DNA of 61,630 nt, filler included, from Sluysia triapertura (GCA_046118255.1; 5 parts of 5 records of this genome joined end to end with filler, not necessarily neighbours in it), one strand, 5' to 3'. Counted from the whole stretch's first letter, positions 12,660 through 26,971 are shown. Numbers and translations are program-made. The notes: generated from the sequence alone by a model not told the origin.

Positions 12660-15600
12660 TATATATATATAAGATATTTATATATAGATATAGATATAGA
12701 TATTTAAGATATGATTGGATAAGTCTGACAAATTAGATTTTTCCCAATCATCACTTAATTTTGCAAGATTATAAGTCCCAATATAAAAATATAAAGTGGA
12801 GGCATGTTGAAAAATATTGTACCATCTTGTTTAATACTGTTGAGTTTCACATAAAACATTTATGAAAATGAATAATAAATAGAATCTTATTTTCGAACTC
12901 CTTTTTTGCCGACTACCAACATAAAATTATACTATTTTGAATTTTTCGAAAATTATTCATGTAGAACCAATAATTATGGATCACTTATTTTACTTCTTCC
13001 GCATAAGCATTACAATCATTACTGAATGGTAATACTATTGCTTGTGATGGACTTATTACAATTGATATCTTTCTTTAAAATATGCCAACAACTAACTTTC
13101 AATGTTCCTTCTCTTGGGATCTTGGAATAATTGGCATTTAGTATTTGAAACATTCATGAAAACTGATATTTAAATATCTAAATATTAAAACAAAATCTTG
13201 AAGATCAAGACATCCTGTCATTTGCTAAAGCCGATATTGAAGTACATTTTTTATATCTGCATTTTGAAGATGAATATTATTATCGATGCAATGATTAATA
13301 TTGTTGAAGGTTTCCTCATCATTAATGGGTCATTTTAAACGAAAATAATGATCTTTTTAGATAAAATAAAATAATTCATTAAATTAATGGATATTAATGA
13401 ATTTTTCAAGGCCAATAAAACATAATATAAATGCCAATTGTTTCACAATTTTAAGACAATTTTTTGGTTTACGATTTTGATAATACAATTTTGATTTTTT
13501 AATTGGTAATAACGTGATCCTGTTCAATAAACAAACTTTGAGATTGATCGATATAATTTATGGTGGTTCATATGACTGGAGATATCTTGAATTTGCTAAT
13601 ATTAGTGTCCAAACTAGATCAAAGTGATCTCGATTAATTTTAAATATCAAGTAGTAAGTTCGTATTGGATAGTTGAACTCTGATTTATCATCTCGAAAAG
13701 TTGATCTTTGGACTAATTATAAAATCTCTATAAAATATGGACTTTAAAATAGAGTGTGAAAACTTTATTTATTAATTTATTATTTTATAATTATTTTAAT
13801 AATTAAAGTATTTTAAAATAAATTTTGTGTTGATCGTGATAATTAAGTATAATATTTTGTCTTAATATTTTCAAACATTTTGGTTTAATTAAAGTTGACG
13901 TATCCATTTTATATTTTATTAAGAAATGTTTATAATTGTAATTAAACATTACTTTGTCGTTTAATATACATTTAATGATTTGTTTTATTTTATTTTTAAG
14001 TTAATAATAAAATCGTAATAGATAGTACTTAGCATTAACCTGGTGTTAGAACGATAACTTGTTCATTAATATACATTTAACGGCTTATTTGTTTATATAT
14101 TGCTATCGTCAACGTTTAAAAGAGAGACTTACAAGTGTAAGATAAATTCTAAATTGTTCTTGATTAATATTTATTTAACGATTCGATCATTTCATTTTAT
14201 TCTAAGTTGATTATAAACTGCAATAGACAACATTTAGCATTGACCCTCAATAAGAAAGTTTTACTAAAGTATCATAAGTCAAAGAGAGGTTTGATTAATT
14301 TACTACAGTGATTTTAATTCTTCACATTTCTTGTAGATACGCCTCCATAAATCGTAGACTACAAGCATAAGTTTTGTAAGAAAAAACCCACAGCAAATGT
14401 CTTAAAGTTACACTTAATTTGAAAGATGTTTACAATACCTCTAAAGTCCATAAGTGAAAGAATATATTATCAATGCGGTGTCCACCAAATCATAAATGTA
14501 CAATCAATGATATTTCGGTATTTTGCTGTTATTCCTAATGTACTTGGTCTACGAACCCTATTTCTACTTATTCTTTAAATCATGCAATCTCTATTACTTA
14601 AATACAAAAAATATTCAACATTGAGTATTCGTAATGCTCAACCAAGTAACTTTAATAATTTAATTTATATACAAGATTTTCACGTATTACTCGAGTTTTA
14701 TTATTCTCAAATTTTACTACTCAAGTATAAGTTCTTATCTCTGCCGATAGTTACTACAGATTTTTGTTTTGTAAACTAAATATTATCATGACTTTCTAAC
14801 AGACAAATTATACCAGCTTAATCATGCTTTACATTTAATTTTCTTAGCTAAGTCTTCATTTCTGAAGATTATATTATTATCATTATTTCTCTAGGAGTTC
14901 CACATGGGAGAATAAAATATACAAATGCAGAATTTGGTTTAGAAATAGTCCACTTAGGTCCACTGATATTGTGTATCCAGACATTTAAGTGATTCAAACC
15001 TGGATAATAACAAATACAACATTAGAAAAAGCAATAAAGTTGATGCAACCAGTACGTAAGATGTTAAATTTGGACATTAATAAAAACTACTCAGCAATTT
15101 AAATTAAATGTTTTAAATGAATTTGGATTTTTTAAATGCGAATATTTATCTGAATAGAAAGTTACAATTAAGAATAAGTTTCAAGATGTTCTGTACACAA
15201 TGAATATTATGTTTTGCAAGTAACTTCCTTGAAATTCATCGTATTTAAAGTTGATTATAATAATAATTTTATGGTGCTTATGTTTAGAATAATAAAATGT
15301 TATTGAATACAGGCATGCGACAGTTAATTAGAAGAATCTCATTTAAAAAGTAAAAATTGTATTAAGAATATGGTTTATTAGATTCAGGTTACCGAATCAA
15401 TAGAATTGAAGTGCTGCAATCTCTAACACAGTGCCTGTTGTAATTATAAAGTAAAATTATTATGAATAATGTTCCCATTTAAGTGCTTACAGTGAAAAAG
15501 ACTTGTAATAATAGGTTTAAAATAAATTTAATCAAATGAAGTGAAAAATTTCAAATACAATCTTGACAAGAAATTATTAAAAAGTGGTTTGTGAAGTGTT

Positions 15601-17589
15601 CTTCCCATTTGAGCCTAAAAAAGAATATCATAAAATTTTAACGAGTTTTGGAAAATAGAAAATACCTAATATTTTCTTTCCGTTTGGCCTTAATTACATA
15701 CTGCATGCGAACCTTCAATAAAAGAAAAACTTCCCAGATTCTGTAACCCTCATATTGTAAGGATTTTTCTCCTACTTTTCTTGGCGTAGGCACACGGGAT
15801 CGCGTTACTAAGATTAGGAAGTAGATATAACTAAAGTAGTGCTTTTGTTCTAAGATTATGTCAGTGCGTGAATGGAAGGTGAACTCTGAGTAGTGTGATT
15901 TTGATATGAAAAAAACTGAATATTTGTATCCTGTAATAATGAAATGCTTACCAAATCTGCATGTGTTGAGATTGTTTGGGAAGTGTTTGCTAAATGTGTA
16001 TAATGAGATGATTGTGTAGTAATATATTTGTGAAAAATGATGACAATTACTAAAAATAGGTGAATTTTTAATTTGTTTTGCAAAGTTTGCAAGTAAAAAG
16101 AAATAAAATTTTCACTTTTTGCCATCAACCTAATTTATAACAGACGACATATGTGACGACGAAAGTAAGATTACGCACGATTAATTCCATTGGTAGAGGA
16201 ATAATGAACTATATCAATAGCTCCAGTCCAGCGTACCTAAGGAGCACTAGAGCAATTAATCATATGGCAGTGCTCCATGATGAAAAACCGTTGTCTTGCA
16301 TGAAAAAATCAGGACAAAATCAGCAAGAGGAAAAAAGCTTAAAGAAAAATCTGAGTAAAAAAAGGAAAATTTATTTCAATTTTAAGTTATGAAATAGTAA
16401 CTCATGCAGTATATAATAGACAATATTAATTTAGAACAACTGGAGTAATTTACCTCGAGTTATCTAACTCATTAATAAATATTTGAACTAAACTGAAATG
16501 CATCGTTATTTCGAATCGGTAAACAGCAAATCACATTTCATTAATTTAAAGTTTAGTAAATTAATAAGTGCAACTTTGATTTCATTGTTATTAAGAGTAT
16601 TAATATTAATATTAATTATTATTTAATGTATCATCCAAATTAATATTAAATTTGGATAAATTTGTCTTTTTTGTTTTTGAACATGTAAATGGTCTTGGAT
16701 TAATCACTAAGATAGAAATTTACATGGATTTATTATGAAAACAATTAGATTTTTGCAAACTCTTGTTACTATGAAGTGATTGGAAGGTTGTAATAATTTT
16801 TAAGATTGATGATTCTAATTTCCAAATTTTTTAGAAATGATTAGGTATTTTCATGTGATAATATTCATGTTAGTGAAGTTTTATTTGATTTGTTAGGTCT
16901 GAAATGATTTGATAACCATATCTTTACAGTTTAAGAGTGTAATATCTAAATCAGTTACAAATCGAAACACAATAGGATGCAGGAATTATTTCAGGTTCAT
17001 AGATACAATCTTGATTTTGATGGGATACTTTACATAAATTTATACATTAACAACTCACAATATGGTAGTTACCAGTTTGAAAAATCACCAAAGTAAAAAC
17101 CCTACATTTATCAGCATAATATTTTTATATACTAAACGTTTGTAAAATAGTTAAAACATTAGTTGTTTATGATTTTGCAAAAATATATAAGATATACTCT
17201 GCAGATCACAATCAAATAATAATAATAATAGAAAAGATTATTATATTTAACCAGATAATTATAATAAAATCATCCAGGCAACAAGAAAATGAACGATACG
17301 AAAGTGGCAATATTTTAATGTCTTCCTTAACTGATTTTTCAATAATATACCGAAGACATTAAACATGGATATTTTTATAGCAGTCAATTCGATAATAGTT
17401 ATTAGACAAATCTTCATTTCCTTACTCTTGTCGACTGCTTCATTAAAAAATACAAATATATATTATTGTTTAAAACCGTATAGAAATATGATTTAGATCA
17501 TGTTAAAAAGCAAATAAATAAAACCGAAAATTTATTTATGCGGACAATAAGTATGAAACAACACAGACATATTTTACAAAATTGTTCAG

Positions 17590-18190
17590 AAATAAATTGC
17601 CATACTTCCTAAATAAACCAATGAGACAGCGATTTCCCATAAGTAGATATCAAATAGAAAGACCATGTGAATTATGGCTAGCTGATTTAACGGAAATAAT
17701 TCCATATTCAAAAGTTAATAATGGTTACAAATATATTTTAAATCGTACTGATGCGTTAATTGAACAATCAAATCGCACTTTATTAGGAAAATTAAGCAAA
17801 TAATAAAAATGAACTAATTGATGCATATAGCAATAGTGACCATACAAATATTGATGAATGTGCACCTGTAGATGTGGATTCAACTAATTTTTTTGGATAT
17901 TTGGCAAAAAAGTAATTTGAATCAAACAAAAAATAAACTATTATAAAATAGGCAACAATGTATGAATATCAAGAATTTCAATAATTTCATATAAAAATAT
18001 CGTTGATAATAATTCATGAAAAATGCCCGAATGAATGCATTAAAAAACAAAGATGAGACAAAACAAGGAAAATTTAATCGTGAAAAATTAGAAGTTATAC
18101 CAATAATTTTTCATATTGATTCGATTTTAGAAACTAGAGGTAAATGAAAAAACCAAAAGTTCCTCGTTATAAGCAAAATCCGAATGGATA
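17590..18190 (+). mobile_element. Maverick/Polinton-type retroviral-like integrase with chromodomain, degenerate and internally deleted
   Basis: PMRQRFP..CELWLADLTEIIPYSKVNNGYKYILN resembles DLWQADLVEM..YSK.N.GYKYIL. It is fused directly to LIEQSNRTL (like IVERFNRTL), then YSNSDHTNI..PVDV, YKIGNNV*ISR, QGKFNREKL and FHIDSILETRGK..KFLV (chromodomain start). Confidence 0.85.
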
Positions 18191-20690
18191 TATGAGTAAT
18201 ATGTATATGTATATACACTCAAGTTTAATTGAATAAATTTGTTGGAAACAAATAATAAAAAATTCGATTTATTTACCTTTACTCTATATGATTCAGGTCA
18301 TATTTATTTTTCATAAGGAACTAAGTCAAGTTTCATTAATTATTTGCGAAAAATTAATGAAAGTGAATCATGACATTCACCCACAAATTGTTACTGAATT
18401 TGAGTATTTCGTTGGTAAGAAACATGCTAGTTGGTAGTTAAAAACACTTGACTAGCTTTCCTATAATGAAGTTTTAAGGTAGAATTGCAGTCTGTGAAAA
18501 TAAACGTTTCAGCTACTGTTAAAAAGTTAAAGAATTTATATCACAATTTATTCGAAAATTTACACGTAATAAATTATATGAATTTAGTCGATCAAAACGA
18601 ATGAAACCTATAAACAAACAAAAAAACTGAAGAACAATGTTTTGCAATAGCAGATAAAAAATAATTGTGTATAATTGATTGCTCTTTACTTCATAAGCTA
18701 TGTAAAATACAGCTTTTGAAACAGTTTAACCCGTCAATGCAGGTGAAGAATTTAAATAGAAGAATCAAGAACTGACTATCTTGATCTTAATTATACATTA
18801 GTTTAAATCTATGTACAGACTAGTGAAAAACTTATACACGTAAATTTGATAATTTGGTTGTTAAATTGTATGTGCAAACAATTAATAGAAACTTGGAATA
18901 TCTCAATAAGAATATGAATAATGGAATAGGTATGGCATATTTTAAGAAATTTTATCCATTACTTACATACGTGCATGATATTGAAAAAATTTAATGCTGA
19001 ATCATTATTTCGAGAAAATAACAAGTACTATAAAACAGAAAGGACAATATTTTTCGTCATTAGTTAGAAAAACTTAAATCTAAAATTAAATATTTATAAT
19101 TTGGGTTACATAAATTTATTAGAACTATCAAAAAATAATGTGCCTACAAACAAATCACGGTTCAAGACGTGCATACCTAAAGTGTTTAGGTTTAGGTCCA
19201 AGCTTTGTATAGGCTCACTAAAAATAGAATTAATAACCAGAATGTACTTTTCATTTACATCATGAATCTTATTAGCGTACTGGAAATCCGGAAACAAGTT
19301 CGTAGAAAGATAATTAACGTAATTTTTTTACACTGGATAAGAAAAATGAGTTTCAAGCATCATTATTTGATAAGACACCATCATTATGTCTCTTGCATTC
19401 TTGTACAAATAAATTATTATATTTTATGTTTAACCTTCCGTCTACAAAAAAGTGTGTATGTATTGAATACCATGCTGGTCCATTGGACCCAAAAAATAAA
19501 GTTTAAAATAATCATAAAAATTCAGAAAGTCAAAACAAATTTCATCTAACATATTACTTGAAAATAACTAGTGAAATTTAACATTATTTTAAATTTTTAA
19601 CTTTATTCAAATAATTTCAAATATACGTTTCATAATAAGAAATTTTACATATGCTCATTTGTAAGTTTTTATTTTTAGTGCGAGAAACTAGGAAATGGAC
19701 CATAACTTCTATGGAAAGAATTTAAATCGCCAAAGAATTAAATTGTAACAATCGTGGGTAAATTATCAAATAAATTTAATATTTTAAAATTAATTTACAG
19801 GGACTACTCCACCACTACCACAATATGAAGATGATGATATAGTGTTTCAACCACACACTGTAATCCCAACGTCGTTCTCATACATAAATTCGCACAAGTC
19901 ATAATTAAAGCCATACTTAATTACATATAAAATATTTTCTATATATCACTACTTCAACTTACGCAATACAAAAATCCTACACTAAATTTTATTTAAATTA
20001 TTAACCGTTAAATTTACCAGCATTTATATTGCATCAAATAAACGTCACACTTTATTAATTCATTGTACTCGACACGATTAAAACTCAAGCCACAAAATCT
20101 TGTAATAAAATCAAATTAACTTGATCAAATTACAATAACTAAATGTGTTAATATTATGCTTTTGTTGTATGAGTCCTCTTCATTGCCATTATCAGTTATC
20201 TTTTTTATTTTTACTGATGTACCAACCTTCTAGCACAATTTTAATTACGGAACCATTAGGATCTCCTCAAATTCTTCGTAATAAATCTATGTTTTTGCTA
20301 ATTTAAAAATAAAAATTTTATTTTAATTAAAAATTATGCGTTAATTAAAAAATTAAATTAATTAATAAATCACACATACTTTTTGTTTGAATGCGTGATT
20401 ACTTCCATATTACAATATAGTCCTAATTTTCATTTATTTCCCTTTTATTATTTTTATTATAATTTAATTTTAATTTTAATTTTAATTTCAATTTTATGAT
20501 CATTTATTGCAATTTATATTTTTATAAATTTTATTATTTTTTGGAATGTTCTAAAAATAAACAAATATTCGTAATACTGCTCAGATGATGTATATTCACT
20601 ACGAAAGTTATTGAGACTTTAATTTCAAATATTATGAGTTTTTTTATGCAAATTTTAAATAGATTCAGAATAGATTACAACATTGTTAGT

Positions 20691-20810
20691 GATGAAACAA
20701 TTCTCAGAATTAATGTTGCTAGAGATGAAACATTTCTTAGAATTAACGTTGACAGAGATGAAATATTTCTCAGCGATGATGTTTTTAGAGACGAAACTTT
20801 TCACAGAATG
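20691..20810 (+). repeat. 33-bp tandem repeat, about 3.6 copies (DETILRINVAR-like 11-aa units), in ORF 20634-20879
   Basis: gatgaaacaattctcagaattaatgttgctaga / gatgaaacatttcttagaattaacgttgacaga / gatgaaatatttctcagcgatgatgtttttaga / gacgaaacttttcacaga. Confidence 0.85.
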
Positions 20811-22069
20811 GAATCCGTGAAGGGTTCTAGACTAATTCAAAATATCAGTAATTTTGAAAATAGTTCTCAACCAGTTTGACTAATGTTTTGTAAAACCGTT
20901 AATTATATTTGTTGTATGTTAAATAATCAAGTTATACGCAGAAAATTGCTTAATTTGCAAGATGATTTAAAACATTATGATAATTTAAAATATTATTGTA
21001 AACGTTCTCAAAGTGTATTATCTACTGAATTTTGTTTCTTTTTTCGAAAGATTCAGACAAAGAGTTATAGAGCAAAATGTGTAAAGTCCGTCGAACATTT
21101 GACAACAATTGCCAGTCGTGTGAACTCACGTCCGACACTAAGTACATCGAGTAACATTAAGTTAATTAATTATAACAAGATTATTATGTCGACAGCTGCA
21201 CCGTCTTTAAAAAATAAAACACAAAGACTACTTAAAATTTTAAATTTGAATTCAGGTGAATTAAAGACTAAAAGAGCATATACTTATGACGTCTTGAAAG
21301 AAAAGACTTGTTTTTATGCAACCAACTTTTGGACGGTTAATGACGTCACTTAGAGGATACTATATGATTATGTTTTATTTAGAATCGTTAAAGTTATCAA
21401 GCTTTAGTGTAGCTGCATTGGATAGTATCGAAGAGTTGGTAACTAGCTTGTTTATGAGACAGGAGGACCGCTCGGAGAATATATCGGGACCTGTATGCCG
21501 TGTTGCGGGAGTCGTTCCTGATTGTCGAGGCCTGAGTTTTCAAATTGTACTCTTATATTATTAATTGAACAATGTTTGTTATTTTATCTATTATTCACGT
21601 TCTATTATTGTTGTTTTTACAAGTAGCGTAATATATAGAGATTTTTTGTATTGTTCTTATTCAATATATATTATCATGGACCTTAAGTCCACTTTTATAA
21701 AGTTAAATATTTTAATAATTTTTAAATTTAATAATGCTTGTTATAAATTAATGTCTCGTATCATAAAATATTAAATATAAAAACCTTAAGTAATCAAATC
21801 AATGAACAATTAAATATAAATGCATTAAAAATTCGACAACATTAAAGATGAAAATTATTATTAAATATTAATGAAAGGAAAGATTGCCAATAAATTAAAT
21901 ACAACTTCAGAACTTTGAGTTTTGGTGTTAAAGGAGAAAATTTGAAGTTTATATAATTCCATACAATTTTCAAAAATAAATAATGGAAATCGGTTGCAAA
22001 TATAAGATTTTCCTAAGACGACAAATCAAAAAGAATTTTCATTATTTTAGGACGCATGATGACGTGCAG

Positions 22070-22280
22070 GTAATTTTAAGTTTGATGAAGATGGTATGAC
22101 CGAAAAATAAGATATCTGCAGAGAATTAAGTAGGGAGCGGATCTTACATAATAACTTCGAATTATTATTTACAATTCTCTTATTGAGGCAAGATATTACG
22201 CAAAACGTCTAATGTAGTCAATGCACAGAATAGCACTGCAACCTGTTTTATTTATTCTATTCAATTAATGATTGTGATTT
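22070..22280 (+). mobile_element. Possible highly decayed non-LTR reverse transcriptase remnant
   Basis: FDEDGMTEK..IC followed by a degraded RGIKQGA-like stretch (agagaattaagtagggagcg). Confidence 0.3.
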
Positions 22281-23394
22281 CAATTACGACAGAAATTTTC
22301 AAGAACCCACATTTAGTTTCGTTGTATAAATCAATGTTTGAAGATAGTTATGATAGAAAAACTATCAATTTATTGGTTCTTGGATCAAATGTTAATTAGC
22401 ATATTTGCATAGATCATTCGAACAAATTATTAAATATTCGAAAGATATTCGTGTCCAGTTGAAATGTTACAAGTGTTTTCGATGATTTCAAAAACAAATA
22501 GCTTATGATAAAACTTGTAAATAACCAAATATCAATGAAACTTGATATTCTATCATGTTAGAATGAACAATCAGTTTCGAATATTTGATCGTTTTATGTA
22601 TTTTATTGTTTACCAATATATTTTATTTATTTTATTATTTCATGATATGTTTTATTATTCATTTTATTTTAATTAGTAATTATTAATTAGAAAACAATAA
22701 TTATTGATTAAATTTATAAAAATTATTAATCAAATTATTCAATCATTAGTACAAAATAAAATTATATCATTTAATCATTAGTATAAATAATCATTATCAA
22801 ATACAATTTTGATAAAAATATGTGAATAAATTTACTCAACTCGCAACTACGATAGAAAAACAAGATTTTACATAGTTGATCATCGATTGATTTTTAAATT
22901 ATTTCAAATGATTTTGGTCTTCAACCTTAGTATCGACAATCACATATCTGAATTTTCTGAGAGAATTAAGTTGATAACAGTAATCCTTAGTTGATATTCA
23001 TCTTTTTACTTGTTCAATTTGATAAGTTTGTAAAAGTTAACTATAAGGGTTAATTAGTTCTAACGACGTTGGGTATGACCTATATAATTAATAATAATAA
23101 TAATTTAATCAGTTTTCATTTAAAAACAAATTAATTAAAGTAATATCAAATTATAGGCGTGACGCCTTTTAGAGAAAATTATAACTATTATTTTGAGTAT
23201 TAAATTACTTATAGAAAATTAAAATTATTATTTATTTTTGAAAAGAACACTATCGGTCTTGAATTGCAATTCTTGAAAAGAAATATTATTTTTCATAAAA
23301 ACATTATCGGAATACATTTGCAATAGTAAATTGATGTAAAAACTCTTAAAAAAGTAACACTCACACAGCGATAGTATTCACAAAGAAAGAGAGA

Positions 23395-23950
23395 TTTCCT
23401 TTCAAAGACAGGATCGGCAGACAATATTTGTAAGGGGATTAATTATTCGACTAGTCTTAGCAATAGAGATTCCAAATCAGCTGACTTTGAATATTCTCCT
23501 GTCTTATTTTCATGTAGTCAAGTTTATATTATATAGTTTTTTCCCTACTATAATGGCAGGGTCAATCTTGACTTAAAATACTTAAACATTCCAGCCTATA
23601 ATAAATCCAGGTTTAAAATCTCTATTAAATCCTTAATTATTGTTGTTTTAGTTTTTGTTAACTTTATTAATTCACTCTGTAAGAGCTTTGATATGCATTA
23701 TTAGTTTGCACATAATTTGATAGTAGTTAATCATATTTATTGTATAAGCAATCTCTTACGAGAATATATAATTTTGTTGTTCGATTTATTGTTCAATTTG
23801 TTTTTATAGAAAATTAGATAAAATTGTAAACATTCCTTCAGAAACTTAGTGGAATGAATTTATTGACATTTGTAGAATAAGAGAACATCTTAAACGTAGA
23901 CCCTCAAATCATTCAAATCCTGCTGCTTTGTCTTCCTTTAGGATATAAAT
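23395..23950 (-). mobile_element. Degenerate non-LTR (LINE) reverse transcriptase fragment
   Basis: Collinear decayed motifs: LKEDKAAGFE (like KAAGPDG), TINMIN..IKLC (like YRPISL), IRQENIQSQLIWNLY (like GVRQGxxLSPxLWN) and ILSADPV (like LYADD). Confidence 0.55.
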
Positions 23951-25599
23951 CACGGACTACAGGCGAACCCGAATCATTATCTGGGCAAAAGTCTTGACAT
24001 TGTCGAAAATCAATAACATTTTATAATCAATGTGGGAGAATTCGTAATTTTCAACCAAGTAATTTTATTAATTTAATTTATGTGTAATATGTATTTATCA
24101 TTCCAATTTCACGATTATAAAATTTTAAAGTGACTAGCAAGCATGATATACAATATCGATAATGTATTTATCACTAATTTTAACATTACATTAATCTAAG
24201 TGCATACATACTAAATTTGGTACACCCACGTTCACAGTTGATACATTTTAGTTTACAATATTTAGAATGTACTACCTTTTAAATTTAATATGGAACATTT
24301 TATCATTGGCCAAATTGCAGGAGGTCCTCACCTAATGCATTTAGCATCAAGTTTATTTTTAACAAAGTTAACTTTTCTGATTATTCAGAATACAATTATG
24401 TTTACAACATGACTTAACTGCATTCACGTCAACATTTAAATTATTATCAAATTTTTCTGTTTAATTAGCTACACATGCAGAATTTTTCAAACTGATATCC
24501 CACTGATAATTTATTTAAAATAAATTAATCTTATAAATTTTATGAAATTTAATTGAGTGCGCATGTGATTGAAGTCTTACGAAATAGCTTGTCCAGAGAT
24601 TCTCCAAGAGAATAAAGTTTTAAAAAAACTATCAAGGTCAACCAATTGAGTGATTACTTGAGATAAAATACTAACGTTATAATGTGCTATTGAACATTTA
24701 ATATTTTAAGGATTATCTTATAACTCTTCAAAACTGTGCTTACGATATTCGAAAAATTTTGTTTTATTCTTATTTAAAATAGGACTTAAAAAGTGATTTT
24801 GACGGATTTGATATATGTTGAAACTAAAATTTCATTATTTTCTCTTAATTTACGAGCTCATTTAAAGCAGATCTTGAAATGGGCGCTGTTAATTTATAAA
24901 TATTGTGGGGCCATATCTATAATGAAAAAATAGAAGCAATTAATATTTTTAATAAATTATTGTAAAAATAAATGGAACTAATAAACGTTATATATGTAGT
25001 GGCCAACCCCTTCACTTAAAACAAGTAAAATTCATCACATAAAACAACAATACTCACAACTACAATCATTACCTAATTCATTTCATAAAAACAACAACAT
25101 ATAACCTTAACATTTCACCAAACCACATCCAACAATAAATTAATCCATATCTTAACACTCCCAACTCAATAAGCTCTTACACTCAGTTCAACAACTCAAA
25201 ACACTCACTCACTAAACACCTTATCAAAATTCACAACAATCAATTCATCAAACACTTCACAAACAAGTCAGAATCATATCACAATTTTCACAAACCACAG
25301 ATACAATAACATTCAAACCCTTCATCTGCAACAATGTCTACAACAGCACAAGATATACAAGATATACAATAATCTCTATAAAATCAGCTTAACTTCAATC
25401 TTTCCAACCAATACTTCAAACCTAATGCACAGACCTTGTTTTTCAACTTACAAAATTAAATAAATCTCAATAAATTATCCGTAACACCTTCCTCTTCACT
25501 CAACCACAATAACATTGCGTACACTATTAGCTTTCGATACTTCACAGCCTTTTATTCATCTTATTTTCATGATATTTCTTACTATATATGTAGAACACG

Positions 25600-26150
25600 A
25601 AGAGTAGAAAGAGGAAGTTCATGTAAAGAATATATAAAGACTTTATGCATTTTTTATTATTGTCATTTTACCATCTCTCTTATTATTGCTGTTAATTATT
25701 ATTATTATTATTTTCTTTATTATTATTACTAATTACTATTATTATGCTTATTATCATCTTTACTATTATTATTATTACTTTTTATCATTTTAATTATTAT
25801 TATTATTATTATTCTCATTATTCGTACTATTATTATCACCATTATTTATTCCTATTATTATCATTAATCACTGGTAATCATTTGTGCCTTAAAGTACATG
25901 ACGTAACAATGTATCAATAATTAATCATAATTTGCATACCAGCATGATTCATTGGAGTCAGACTACTAATTTGCTGCATATTCATCTGACTAATGAACCC
26001 CACCCAATCAGAGAACAGCATTATGAAATGCTAATTAATTACTTTCCAACGATCTGATTGGGTGGACAAAATCAGACACACAATAATTATTGTAATGCTA
26101 TAATTCGATGACAAAAAATTAATCAGCCATATGGAAAAGCGAAACGGGTA
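25600..26150. repeat. Dispersed repeat, inverted relative of 11850-12420, with ATT-rich core
   Basis: See the 11850-12420 feature. Confidence 0.5.
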
Positions 26151-26607
26151 GAGATTGTTGAGTTAGCCAATCATAAAAATTTGATTACAGAGTGTAAAAT
26201 AGCAAATAAACAGTGGGCAAGCAAAAAAATCAATAAAGAAAAGTCAGACATATTAAAAGTTAATTTTTAAAATCAGAAAGTAAAAAATAACAGACAGACA
26301 AAAAATAAAATTAATAAAGAAAGAGTGGGCAACCATATTCAAAAGATAGTACACTACGAATTTACAATTGAAAAGAGAAATACGAAAAAATTAATAGTCA
26401 GTAAAAGTTAAAAAATTAGAGTTTTAAAAATATATGTACGTCGGTATAAACTCCAACATTTATTAGCAATGTCGAATAGTGAGAGTGATTTATCAAATTG
26501 TGATGAACCAACAATTATTTGCCTACGAAATTTTCATCATAATACCAAAAGCGTCCTGATAATCTACGCGATGAATAATCTTAGACATGATACACGTCCT
26601 GTGAAAG

Positions 26608-26707
26608 NNNNNNNNNNNNNNNNNNNNNNNNNNNNNNNNNNNNNNNNNNNNTTAATTAATTAANNNNNNNNNNNNNNNNNNNNNNNNNNNNNNNNNNNNN
26701 NNNNNNN
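26608..26707. other. Assembly gap with six-frame stop linker
   Basis: N-run, TTAATTAATTAA, N-run. Confidence 0.98.
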
Positions 26708-26881
26708 TATATTCAAATGAAATAAATTTCTTTCTTTCTTTTGTTCAATAAAGAATATTTTCACAAATATTTCTCTGATAAGATACTCAATTAATTAATT
26801 TTTTGGTTTTTATCTGTGTTGGGGTAAAAAGGCCTAAAGTACCATTTGGTAAAATTGATAATAAAATAAAATCATTAGACG

Positions 26882-26971
26882 GGGTTGATAGTTCAGTGGT
26901 ATAGCATCGAACTGTGCAGCTAGAGGTCCTGAGTTTGATCCCCGGTCAGTCCATTTTACGAAGTCTAACAT
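26882..26971 (+). mobile_element. tRNA-derived SINE / tRNA-like element, copy 2 (more diverged)
   Basis: GGGTTGATAGTTCAGTGGTATAGCATCGAACTGTGCAGCTAGAGGTCCTGAGTTTGATCCCCGGTCAGTCCA followed by ttttacgaagtctaaca. The acceptor stem pairs, the anticodon stem does not, and the B box is mutated. Confidence 0.8.

Noticed and set aside
12900-16400. Several coding-like stretches with apparent splice sites
   Set aside because: They have multiple stops and no family motif I could recognise, so no call is supportable.
16632-16657. AT-rich palindromes (also about 34262-34290)
   Set aside because: They are expected by chance at this AT content and show no recurrence or supporting context.
26882-26953. Functional tRNA-His(GTG) or tRNA-Arg(GCG)
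   Set aside because: The anticodon stem is unpaired, the B box is mutated in this copy, the anticodon differs between copies, and the 3' flank is shared, as expected for a repeat.
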